DNA of 64,000 nucleotides from a virus: positions 10,116 through 74,115 of the IMG/VR virus record IMGVR_UViG_3300036390_000001, one strand, 5' to 3'. This document shows, one piece after another, positions 48,550 to 57,623 of this stretch (the stretch's first letter is position 1; each line of letters opens with the position of its first letter). The position numbers and the translations under genes were made by a program. The notes under the pieces are model-generated. The model did not search any database and was not told where the DNA came from. It was given only the letters and a program-made list of their open reading frames with translations.

Positions 48550-49029
48550 TCAAGTCGCCGTAAAGTATTTCAAAAATATCTTAACATCTGGCGCCTCAAA
48601 GACAAAGCATGGCATGTCCGGCGCCGTGTCAACAATATGCACATCCTGAGCCCAGTTTTTGGTTCGTAGAAAGTTTAAGCAATCAAGCGCGCTCGCGAAG
48701 CCATTGTCTTTAATATATTTGACTGTCAGATGAGTCTTGCACCCAATTATTTTAGCAATTTCTTGACGGCGCCTTAACTCTAATTGCGTGTGACTATTTG
48801 TGCTAAGAAGCGCTTCACCTTTCTCTTTAAAAATATTGGATAACTGAACGTTGTTTTCTGCCTTTAATTTGTTACGCGCGCCGTATAGAAAACTATCTAA
48901 AGTCCTTAAAGTTATATGCATTTTCTTTGCGATTTGAAACGGGAAAAGCCCTTCTGAAATTAGCTTCGTTGCTTCAAATTCGCGCGGTGTTAAAGTTCCT
49001 AGCTCTAGCTTATGTTTGGCGATTTCCAT
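48550..49029 (-). CDS. LuxR-type HTH protein
   Basis: LTPREFE..KLISEGL...QIAKKM.IT.RT. Confidence 0.8.
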   Translation of the reverse strand: MEIAKHKLELGTLTPREFEATKLISEGLFPFQIAKKMHITLRTLDSFLYGARNKLKAENNVQLSNIFKEKGEALLSTNSHTQLELRRRQEIAKIIGCKTHLTVKYIKDNGFASALDCLNFLRTKNWAQDVHIVDTAPDMPCFVFEAPDVKIFLKYFTAT

Positions 49030-49147
49030 ATGTCGATAAAATCGCCCCTACAAGGGTAAAAGTAGTAGCGGCGAATTGTGTGTAATAAATATGAGTACAG
49101 GACGCACCTGTTTACACAAATGCGATTGTGTCAATATATCCTCAATT

Positions 49148-49663
49148 TCAAAGAGGCGCCACTTTTTTGACAACCCACCCAACCTGGCGCCCAACCTTAC
49201 CGCAGCGCTCAATCCTAAAACTCCCATACCTACATCCCAAGAGGCGCGGCTTGAATCCAATCAATACTTCTATCTCTGATGTGGTTATTATCCAGCTCTT
49301 TGCTGCTATCTCTTCCAGTTGTTCGTATTTTTGAATGATTGAAGGCGCCTGTTGTTGCGCCATGAACAACCTTTCTAGTAAACCTAGAAGCGCTTCAAAT
49401 GGTGGAGCCTCTTGTCTATCTATAACTGAACTAGACAAAGTAATCTTGTCTGGCTGGACAACTTGAGGACCATGAACAAAGTTATCAATTGTCCCCCCTC
49501 CCTTGATATGTTTGTCCAGTTGGTCCATCAGCGCTAAATCAGCGAAACTTATCTTTCCTCTCTCTGTCTGTCTGATTCTTAAGTCTTTTAGCCTGTCATA
49601 TATAGTTTGGCGCGAATTTAAGCCATAGCGCGCGCATAGCTCAGATATATTGAAGTTGTCCAT
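49148..49663 (-). CDS. HTH DNA-binding protein
   Basis: ISELCARYGLNSRQTIYDRL. Confidence 0.65.
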   Translation of the reverse strand: MDNFNISELCARYGLNSRQTIYDRLKDLRIRQTERGKISFADLALMDQLDKHIKGGGTIDNFVHGPQVVQPDKITLSSSVIDRQEAPPFEALLGLLERLFMAQQQAPSIIQKYEQLEEIAAKSWIITTSEIEVLIGFKPRLLGCRYGSFRIERCGKVGRQVGWVVKKVAPL

Positions 49664-50096
49664 CGCTTGTCCAGTTGTTAACTAGACAAATTCTACAATG
49701 ACTACGCGCGCTATAAAAATTGGGTGAAGTTTTAATTAGTTGCCTCTATCTAAAGGTAGAATTGTTGAATAACTATTAAGCGTTAAACGATGATATGGCG
49801 CCGATTACAAGCGAAGAGTTATTCTGGTTGGCGCAATCTAACGAGTGCGTCAACAGCAGCGACCTTGCTGCTTTGGTTAGATTGTTGCGCCAAGTTCGTG
49901 GCGCCGCAAAATTTGCATCCTCGCTGGATACCATCATTGTTTTGAGAAATGTTGATTTTGACGTAAGCTCTGCGATTCGTGAAAAACTCTGTTGTAGAAT
50001 GCCGCTAATTTTAAATAGCGAGTGCGTGGCGGCGCTTCCCACAAAATAAGCGCACGTTTTTGAGGCGCGCGCTTATTTTTGGTTTGTGGATAGTAA

Positions 50097-50363
50097 TTAC
50101 ACAGGAGCTTCTTCAGTAGGTGGCTCAACAGGAACAGGAAGAGATGCAGCCGCTAATTCGATTAACTGCTGAATTTTTGCGGTTGCCTCACCAACAACAG
50201 ATGCGTTTGAAGCATCTTTTGCTACCAAATCAGTCGCTTCTTGTTTGGCTGCAACTAATTCGCTTTCGGTAACTTGCTTTGACTGAATCAGCTTAGTAAC
50301 AATGTCAACTAGCTTAACAATAGCTTCAGCTTGTAAAACATTAGCTTGTTCTGTTTGAGACAT
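50097..50363 (-). CDS. Small coiled-coil protein in the lysis region
   Basis: AGAGG RBS; upstream GGGAATTAC motif. Confidence 0.6.
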   Translation of the reverse strand: MSQTEQANVLQAEAIVKLVDIVTKLIQSKQVTESELVAAKQEATDLVAKDASNASVVGEATAKIQQLIELAAASLPVPVEPPTEEAPV

Positions 50364-50472
50364 AAAACCTCTGTGTTTATCGGGATATCACTAGCCAGTC
50401 TATGCGACTAAACCCTTGGTGACAAGAATCTAGTCCTTTTTAGTAATTCCCAGAAACCTTCTTATCCGAAGG

Positions 50473-50940
50473 TCAATACGCCTTCAGAAATAATTCAGCT
50501 TCAGCGAGTCGGCGCCTCCTTAGTCCAGCTTCAACGCGCGTGCCAGGATTGCGATACAAAACAAACACATTCTTGGCTCTATCCCAGGCTTTTTCATCAA
50601 GCATTTTCCGCATTGAATCAAAATTTCCAGTGAAATAGAATGAGGCGCCGAGATTAAAACAGAAACTAAGCAAGGCGCCTTGTTGATTGATGTTTAATTC
50701 ATTCCACACTGGTATTTTTTGTAGTTGCGGCAAGTAGTCGCTCGTTAATTGGAAAATCAACAAATCATCAGCTTCTCGTCGAGTGATTTTATCTCCGAGC
50801 TTCCATTTACTGCCATCACGCTTTTTAGTTAAGCCCCAACCAATAGTAATCGGCTCGGCACCTGTTAATGGGTCGGGATAAGCTTCAAGATAACAACCTT
50901 CAAATTGTTTAATTAATTCTATTCCTGGTGATGGCAGCAT
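50473..50940 (-). CDS. Endolysin, GH24 lysozyme
   Basis: LIKQFEG..L.AYPD...TIGWG.T; ALLSF.FNLG; GL.RRR.AE..LF. Confidence 0.92.
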   Translation of the reverse strand: MLPSPGIELIKQFEGCYLEAYPDPLTGAEPITIGWGLTKKRDGSKWKLGDKITRREADDLLIFQLTSDYLPQLQKIPVWNELNINQQGALLSFCFNLGASFYFTGNFDSMRKMLDEKAWDRAKNVFVLYRNPGTRVEAGLRRRRLAEAELFLKAY

Positions 50941-51591
50941 TCAATTCTCCAACTTCGAGCCGTTAAGAATCGAAGTCCAAAAAACATAATTTTTGTTTTT
51001 TTGATAGCGCGCGTCGCTTTTAACAATGCTCATGAATTCTCTATGCCCAGAGCGCGATTGACCAACTAAGCAACCAGCAGAGGCGCCTTCAACAGTCTTC
51101 CAGTCGTAACCCCAGTGTTGGTTGACACCAATGCCAGTTTGAATAACAACTGGGTCATCGGTTCTCAATCCGTCTTTGTTTATATCACGATGACCGCGCA
51201 ATTGACCAACGCGCAAGCCATTGTCAAGCTCCTCGCCAGCTTCCCAAAGTTGGACAAGCGCTTCATGGTCTTTATGTTTACCAACTACCCAAGCTTTGTA
51301 CTGACCAAATGCAATACGAAAGGCGCCTTGTGCATTAAGTGGCTTAAGCGTGTACTTCCAGCCCGGTTCAGTTGTAGCTTTCCATGCGCCGAGTAATCTT
51401 GGTTTATCGTCGGTCACGTCATAAACTAACCGCACATCGTTCCATTCGTTCATGCGGTCGCCGTTGGCTTTGCCGTTTAAATCCACGCCTTCAATGTAGA
51501 CAATATTAACTTCGCCTTCGGTGAAAACTTTATGGTTAAGTTTCTGCTGAGTCTTGATAATTCTGCTTAAGAAGTCTGTTCCAAGTTGCAT
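50941..51591 (-). CDS. Putative peptidoglycan-active enzyme (YkuD-like H...SAGC)
   Basis: ATTEPG, GVNQHWG, SAGCLVG; adjacent to the endolysin. Confidence 0.55.
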   Translation of the reverse strand: MQLGTDFLSRIIKTQQKLNHKVFTEGEVNIVYIEGVDLNGKANGDRMNEWNDVRLVYDVTDDKPRLLGAWKATTEPGWKYTLKPLNAQGAFRIAFGQYKAWVVGKHKDHEALVQLWEAGEELDNGLRVGQLRGHRDINKDGLRTDDPVVIQTGIGVNQHWGYDWKTVEGASAGCLVGQSRSGHREFMSIVKSDARYQKNKNYVFWTSILNGSKLEN

Positions 51592-51679
51592 GTTTGTACC
51601 TGTGCTTTATAACTCAGGATTCCATCAACTTCGTATCCGAAGCTAAAATAGATGCGCCAGCAACTATAGCAATGATAAA

Positions 51680-51952
51680 ATGCCTAAATTTAGAAAGAAG
51701 CCTGTAGTAATCGAAGCTATGCAGTTTAGTGACTTAGATAGCTATTTAGAAATCCTGAAATGGATGAAAATTTGCGGCGACACTGTTGCTTTAGCGAACG
51801 AGGTTAAATACGTCACGCCTCTTATGTTAATCCCAACGCCTGAAGGTGTTATGGCGGCTAACCCTACTGATTGGATTATTAGGGGAGTAAAGAATGAATT
51901 CTATCCATGTAAGAATGACATTTTTCTTGCCACTTACGAGAAGTGCGATTAG
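51680..51952 (+). CDS. Conserved phage protein
   Basis: FRKKPVVIEAMQF...T.EG.M.A...DWIIRGV..EFYPCK.DIF..TYE. Confidence 0.8.
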   Translation: MPKFRKKPVVIEAMQFSDLDSYLEILKWMKICGDTVALANEVKYVTPLMLIPTPEGVMAANPTDWIIRGVKNEFYPCKNDIFLATYEKCD

Positions 51953-51972
51953 AGCCGTGTATAATAATACTT

Positions 51973-52115
51973 ACGCGCATGATGGAAGTTGTACAGCCTT
52001 TATAATTGTGGCTTCATGCCAAATTGTTGCTCTGATAGTACAGATAGCAGACAAAGGGTGGAACCGGAAGCCGTCCGATTAGAGCTTCGTCCAAGTGCAA
52101 GTCTTGGTGCGCGTT
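51973..52115 (+). ncRNA. tRNA-like ncRNA, copy 2
   Basis: Acceptor ACGCGCA/TGCGCGT; T-arm CCAAG-TGCAAGT-CTTGG; TATAAT at 51960. Confidence 0.75.
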
Positions 52116-52119
52116 TTAT

Positions 52120-52404
52120 TTACCTTCGGATAAGAAGGTGTTTTGTTTTCCTCAGTTTTTTATCCCGTAGATAAAGCAACCAAGTAATAAGCGCAGGCGC
52201 CGTGAACAGCAACAAAATTGCTGATGCTGATATATTGATTATCACTTGCTCACCTCCAATAACCTTCTGTTCACGTAGTGTCTCCAAAGGAGAATACGAA
52301 GGTGGTCTATGTTCATAAGAAGTCGGGCACACAGAAGTATCTTCTGATACCTCTATGGCACCTCGACATAGCTCGCGCTCAAAGTAATCACGGCGCCGCA
52401 TCAC
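52120..52404 (-). CDS. Small membrane protein
   Basis: C-terminal TM; coupled to the holin-like gene. Confidence 0.5.
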   Translation of the reverse strand: MMRRRDYFERELCRGAIEVSEDTSVCPTSYEHRPPSYSPLETLREQKVIGGEQVIINISASAILLLFTAPALITWLLYLRDKKLRKTKHLLIRR

Positions 52405-52712
52405 TCTTCCTCCTCTCGTTCGTTGGTTTCTCGGCTAGTTTCTCGTCCAAAAAGCCTGCCCACAGCGGCAGTGATAGCATCAGTATTTAGTCCCAAGATT
52501 GAGGCGATAAAAACAACCGAGGGGATGAAAACATGCGCTGGCACTTCGCGCGTCGCAATTTTTATTTGCGGGTTCTTGTCGGCACCTACATATTCAACCT
52601 GTAAGTCGAGCGCTTGAAGACTAACAAGCGCAGTCAAAAAAATTGCAAAAAGATATGAATAACCTTTGCCAATGGTTACTATTTTTTTCTCACTTTTTTC
52701 ATTCTCTTCCAT
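52401..52712 (-). CDS. Holin-like membrane protein
   Basis: Two TMs, charged termini, upstream of lysis enzymes. Confidence 0.5.
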   Translation of the reverse strand: MEENEKSEKKIVTIGKGYSYLFAIFLTALVSLQALDLQVEYVGADKNPQIKIATREVPAHVFIPSVVFIASILGLNTDAITAAVGRLFGRETSRETNEREEEE

Positions 52713-52713
52713 C

Positions 52714-53592
52714 TCAAATGCCGATTGGTTCTGTTGTTAAAAATTCCCCAAATTCCTTGATAAGTAATTCTTCGGCTTTCTTCAATTGGCTTTCAGGCAA
52801 GCGCAACACAATGCTAATTAAGCGCTGCCTATTATTTCCATCGCTTGTGATTGGCGTAACAGGTGCCTCAGTGCGCTCGTATGTGACTTCACTTATAGGC
52901 GCCTTCACATCACCTAATTCCGACTTTGCAAAAGGATAATAACTACCATCGGGCAATTTACACTGATACAAGTCGCCTGATTTGATTTCGACTAGCTCTA
53001 CTTCTTGACCGTAATATTCAGGAATGTCGGGAGAAATTACCTTGAATTTTTGCTCTGTGGTTGAGGCGCCGCCAGAACCTCTATAAGAATAGCTTTGCCC
53101 ACCGCGCGTAACTTCCTTGACTTCAGACTTCTCAATCTCGCCGCTCTGTTCAAGTTTACGGCGCCAGTCGGTAATAGTTATATCAGCCACTCCGCAGTGA
53201 CGAGCGATTTCTTTATTGCTTTTCAAATGCCCGTAAGGATGTTTTAATGCGCCTATTATCGCGCGTTGTTTATCCGCATTTGAGCGCTTTAATGCGTGGT
53301 GTTGGTTGACTGCAAAGCTGTGCCAAATGGCATCTTGTTGCGTACCTTGACGAATTTCAGCTTTGATTTTATCTAATCCGCGCCTGGTTGTGGCCGCTAA
53401 TCGATGAAAGCCATCAGTTAACCAATAATTGCTTCCATCGAAATATAAAAGTATTGGGTCAAATGAGGCGCCGTCACCAAGAGCAAGCACTAAATCTTCA
53501 ATGTGGTTTTCGTCTAATTCGGCGCGCGGTTGGGTACCACCATCGCGGCGGATATGGTGAATAGAAATTTCTATATAAGCTTCAGTGTTCAT
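52714..53592 (-). CDS. ParB/Srx N-terminal domain plus HTH protein
   Basis: TQPR...DPI..Y.DG..YWL.DGFHRL.A; SNKEIARHCGV. Confidence 0.85.
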   Translation of the reverse strand: MNTEAYIEISIHHIRRDGGTQPRAELDENHIEDLVLALGDGASFDPILLYFDGSNYWLTDGFHRLAATTRRGLDKIKAEIRQGTQQDAIWHSFAVNQHHALKRSNADKQRAIIGALKHPYGHLKSNKEIARHCGVADITITDWRRKLEQSGEIEKSEVKEVTRGGQSYSYRGSGGASTTEQKFKVISPDIPEYYGQEVELVEIKSGDLYQCKLPDGSYYPFAKSELGDVKAPISEVTYERTEAPVTPITSDGNNRQRLISIVLRLPESQLKKAEELLIKEFGEFLTTEPIGI

Positions 53593-54259
53593 AATTACTT
53601 GATAAATAAGAATTTAATAAATATAGCGCCTCGGCTATAGTTGCCTCTATTGTTATAGTCGAGGTTTTTAGATTGTTAGCAATATATTGAATTGATTTGC
53701 CTTGGAAAAAGCGCTGTGTAATACAATATCTTTGTCTTGAGTCTAGCTTTGCTAAAGCTTCATAAACAGGCGAATTATCTTCAGTACGCGCCTCGTCAAT
53801 CATTGGCTCATAAGGCAATTCATCCCAAGATACTTTAGCAGGCGCCGAATTTAGCGCCGTAATTTCCTTCCACTGCTCTTCATTAATGCCAAGCTTCTTA
53901 GCAATTTGCTCTTCTTTTAGTTCGCGCCCACTGGCTATAAATTGCTTACGAAGGCGCTTAACTTGCGCGAATTTTTCTAGGGCATGGCGCGGAACTTTTA
54001 AAGAAGGTACCTTATCACGTAAGTAGTGCTGTATTTCTCCTTCAATTTTTGGTACAGCAAAGGAGCTAAAGGCATTATTCAATTCAGGTTTGAAATTATC
54101 GCAGGCTTTCAATAGACCTATCCAACCAACTTGATATATATCGTCGTAAGGCTCATTGCATTTTTTAGTATATTTATGCGCGATTTTATGCACTAACTTC
54201 GCATTTTGTTCCGCAAACTTATTGCGCTTGCGTATTTTTATTGATGGCTGGGAATCCAT
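53582..54259 (-). CDS. Phage sigma-70-family factor (SigF/SigJ/SigB-like)
   Basis: EPYDDIYQVGWIGLLKA..F.P...AFSSFAVPKIEGEIQHYLRDK; region 4 HTH. Confidence 0.92.
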   Translation of the reverse strand: MDSQPSIKIRKRNKFAEQNAKLVHKIAHKYTKKCNEPYDDIYQVGWIGLLKACDNFKPELNNAFSSFAVPKIEGEIQHYLRDKVPSLKVPRHALEKFAQVKRLRKQFIASGRELKEEQIAKKLGINEEQWKEITALNSAPAKVSWDELPYEPMIDEARTEDNSPVYEALAKLDSRQRYCITQRFFQGKSIQYIANNLKTSTITIEATIAEALYLLNSYLSSNYEH

Positions 54260-54386
54260 AGCTTTTACAAATAAGAAATAAAATATTAATTACTTACAAG
54301 GTACGTGTGTTCTTGCCTTTTTAGTACTAGTGATAATACTTAAATAAATATGAAGAAATAGGGAAGAGACTCAACTCGTAATTCCC

Positions 54387-54498
54387 TGCGGCGCCGCTTG
54401 AAGAGAGGCAAGGTGGACAAGGGCGGAAGGTAGACAAGGAGGAGGTTTCTACCTTGTCTTCTTGTCTTCCTGTCTCCTGGTCTTTAGGTGCGGCGCCG
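54387..54498. mobile_element. Mini inverted-repeat element
   Basis: GACAAG/CTTGTC arms; 10-bp direct repeats TGCGGCGCCG, 102 bp apart. Confidence 0.75.
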
Positions 54499-54565
54499 TA
54501 CACGCGCGCGTATTTGATTGCAAATTCAGGGTTTGCAATCATTGTCACTTTGTTTGTATACTCCT

Positions 54566-56158
54566 TTACCACATGGCAGTGTTCTCACCCCACACGGATA
54601 CTTCAGGTTGAGCAAAGCAATAAACAACAGCATCTCCGCAATCAGGAGAGCGCCCAATCCGCTTTTTGATATCGTCTTTGGCTTCAACTTGAATATCGTT
54701 ACCGGGTGTAATTTTCCAACGCGGCGCCGTTAAATCTGCCAGCAATTCTTTATCGGGTGGTAGTGCTATATTGTCGCCATGTTCAGGGTCAAGCGCTTCT
54801 CTCAGGCGCCAGTACCATTCCGCGCGCTTGTTTCTAAAGCCGAACTTGCCGCTGCGGTCGCGCTCGTTTGAACCGTCGCCACCTGAACAGGCGTACACAT
54901 TTAAACCGCGCTCAACGCATCGGTCATAGGGTGAAGAACCAATGCCCGTTACGTCGATGCTGGCGTAAGCTTCGCCAAATAGGTTGACCGCTACCAAGTC
55001 AGCCACGGATTTACCATCAGGTGTTGACTTGCCTGCCTTTTTAATTAGCGTGTCAACATAGCGACCATAACGAGGCGCCAGTGTAGTTTTATCATTGCCT
55101 CCGCGCGCTGGGTCAACCCCCAAGGAAGTTAATGGTATTGAGGCGCCGCGCTCGTCAACTGGCTTTTGAGATGTCCAGCGCGCTTGTGCCGCTTCCACCC
55201 ACTCAGTTGGTATTAGCTGCCACGGGTCATCTTCGATACCTGCCGAGAAGTCACCTTTGAGCATTTGGCTGCGTAAAGGTTCGGGCAACGATGCCAAAAC
55301 CGACTTGTAATTGGTTTTAGCGTAGTAAGGATTGTCGTCAATCTTTGCTGGTATGAAGGTGCGACTACGCGGTTTAATCCACTCACCATTAATAAGTACT
55401 GGGTCGTCGTTTGGGACTTCGACATCTCGACCTTCGGGCGAATCGTCATCGCTAATTACAACAAACCAGCGCAATTCTCCAGGTATAGCAGGGTTGGGAT
55501 GCTTAGGGTCTAACCACGGCGCCCAATATTCAATCACCCATCTACCTTCGGCTGTCGTTGGTGGGTTGCCAGTGGCTAAAGTACGCGCGCGCTGGTTCTC
55601 GTCAGCTGTACGGTTCCACCCTGAAAGAAACTTATACTGAAACTTTGAGAAATGGCAAATTTCATCAAAAATTTTTAAGTCGTGAGCGCGTCCTTGGTAC
55701 TTCTCAACGTCCTCTTCGTATTGACAGGCGCCGAACTCTAATATTCTGCCATCATTTAGCGTCCAAGTCTTCTCGGTACTGTTATATTTACCGTGCTTTT
55801 TAATGATTTTCTTCGAGCGCTGGACTATGCCTTTAAGCTGCGGATACTCGCGCCGAAATATGATTGAATTCTGATGGGAAGTGAGCGCTAGACCAAGCGC
55901 GAGGTCGGTCTTACCCCCGTTAGTAGGGGTCTATTTAGAAGTGACAAATATGCTTAAATACAAGCAATAAAATATACCTAAAACGCCAGCAGCGCCTCCG
56001 TACAGTACTTCGTCCGAAAGCGAGGTGAATGCCATTGTTTGCGGGCCTGGTAACGGCGACCAGATGGGTTCGGACTGCGGTGGCGCTTTTTTCTTTGAAC
56101 CCATCCATTTGTCTAGTTTATTTAATGTCTTATCTATGTTCTGCAAGGACTCCAGCAT
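54566..56158 (-). CDS. terL: Terminase large subunit, interrupted: join(56158..55985, 55918..54566), 508 aa
   Basis: EVLYGGAAG|GGKTDL Walker A, LKIFDE Walker B, TGNP, GVDPARGGND and SPDCGDA nuclease motifs. Confidence 0.9.
55919..55984 (-). other. 66-nt intervening sequence in the terL Walker A motif
   Basis: In frame, contains TAG, ~29% GC, self-complementary. Confidence 0.88.
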
Positions 56159-57089
56159 TTACCTTTTTACTCCATCTAGGATGTGGCATCCCTTTCTTGA
56201 ATTGACCTTTGCTTTCATTTGTTGCTGCATAACTAGGTATTCCCTTTTCCCTGCGAACTCGCGCGATGACCTTTTTGCTAACACCTGCAATCTCTGCAAG
56301 TTTATAATCTGGCATTGTTCCAAGTTGCTCAACTATCTCATCACTGAGCGTTATTCTGTTCCATCCGGCAGGTATTTGAACAGGTTTGGGTTTATCGCTT
56401 CGAGTTGGGTATTGTCGTTTTAATCTGTTTTGTTCAATTCGTCTTAAGCGGTATTGGCGCTTCCTTTCTTTCATTTGCTTACAATGTTCTCTGTAAGGAG
56501 GTATGCCCATTTCGACACGAATTCTTTGTATTGTCGCGGCGCCGACACCAGCCATTTTCGCAACTTCCCTGTCAGGCAAAACTCCCATGAGTTCAATAAT
56601 ATTCTTTGGTAACTCCATGCGAGGATTCTCTTGAGGGCAAGGCGCAATACCTAGCGCTCTCCTCATTCTCGCAACAGCACTACGACTATGACCGACTTCC
56701 AACGCAACTTCAGGGTCTGACTTGGTTCCCAACTTGGAAATCATTTCTGGAGTCCAATTGATTTGATTTAATCCGACGGCGCCACCAACTCTTCCAGAGC
56801 AAACGTTAGTCAACTTACAAGTGAAGCCAAGGAAGTCAATCCATGCCTGTTCAGCGGTACATGCTTCTTCGTGCGTAGCGTTGTTAAGTGTCGCCAGAAT
56901 ACGCATTTCCGGCTTTGAGCCACGACTTATTATGTCGATTATTATTTTATTTCTGCTATTTCCTGAAGGCATAGCGCTCGCAATATGTAGAGCTAGCCTT
57001 GCTTTTGGGCGCGCTGTTCTGCCAACATAAAATATTTCATCATTCTTAGTTGGGTCTACCAGCGCGTAAATATAAATGGTATGATTCAT
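56130..57089 (-). CDS. GIY-YIG homing-endonuclease-like protein with three C-terminal HTH repeats
   Basis: YIYALVDP...FYVGRT..P..RL..H...E..WI; repeats LG..PD..VA...G....I.R.R...GIP; overlaps the terL start. Confidence 0.85.
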   Translation of the reverse strand: MNHTIYIYALVDPTKNDEIFYVGRTARPKARLALHIASAMPSGNSRNKIIIDIISRGSKPEMRILATLNNATHEEACTAEQAWIDFLGFTCKLTNVCSGRVGGAVGLNQINWTPEMISKLGTKSDPEVALEVGHSRSAVARMRRALGIAPCPQENPRMELPKNIIELMGVLPDREVAKMAGVGAATIQRIRVEMGIPPYREHCKQMKERKRQYRLRRIEQNRLKRQYPTRSDKPKPVQIPAGWNRITLSDEIVEQLGTMPDYKLAEIAGVSKKVIARVRREKGIPSYAATNESKGQFKKGMPHPRWSKKVNAGVLAEHR

Positions 57090-57239
57090 GGTGGTTGTTT
57101 ATTTCGTGTACAACTGTCCTAAATTCAAAGCTTTGACAGGAGTTGAATTTAGGATTAATAATATTTTCTCATTATTAATAACTTAAAACAAGCGCGCATT
57201 ATTAATTTAAGCGCTATCTTCAAGAGGAAAGGAAAGTCC

Positions 57240-57623
57240 ATGAGCCAAGCCAATGAGTACATCAAATTACTTAAAGAATGGAGCGCGCTAAACGAAGGGT
57301 TATTTATAGATAGTCAAGAAGTTTCTCTGAGTCTAGGTGGTGAGTCTATAACTACTTACGTCTTTGCTATGACTCCAGACATCCGGTTAAGGCTTTATGA
57401 AAATCTTGAACCAAATGCATCAGAAATTGGCTGGATACTTCAATTAATTATAGACGCGACGCAAAACTATAATTGTTCTTGGACAACGACGAATGATGAC
57501 TGTCAAATACATGGAGGCGAACATATTTCTTTTCAAAGGCGCACAGGAAAGCCAATTCTAGCAATGCTCGCCGCATGGGTTAACTGGTTAAAACTGAAAA
57601 AAGGTATTATTAAAGTCTTGTAA
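57240..57623 (+). CDS. Hypothetical protein
   Basis: AGGA RBS. Confidence 0.55.
   Translation: MSQANEYIKLLKEWSALNEGLFIDSQEVSLSLGGESITTYVFAMTPDIRLRLYENLEPNASEIGWILQLIIDATQNYNCSWTTTNDDCQIHGGEHISFQRRTGKPILAMLAAWVNWLKLKKGIIKVL

Noticed and set aside
48480-48550. Glutamine (glnA) riboswitch
   Set aside because: Closing CGUU/AACG pairing and GGAAGUA core are not properly present
54327-54572. 81-aa ORF downstream of terL
   Set aside because: Nearly half is translated mini-element and the rest covers a putative promoter; probably spurious
55919-55984. Spliceosomal (TACTAAC), group I or group II intron, or mini-intein
   Set aside because: Bacterial context with no 3' AG after TACTAAC; no room for a ribozyme core; no C/S...HN-C/S/T intein ends and an in-frame stop; inverting the insert also leaves a stop
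55931-56158. 75-aa and 323-aa (54566-55537) ORFs as independent genes
   Set aside because: They are parts of one terL; the frame between them encodes the rest of Walker A and Walker B
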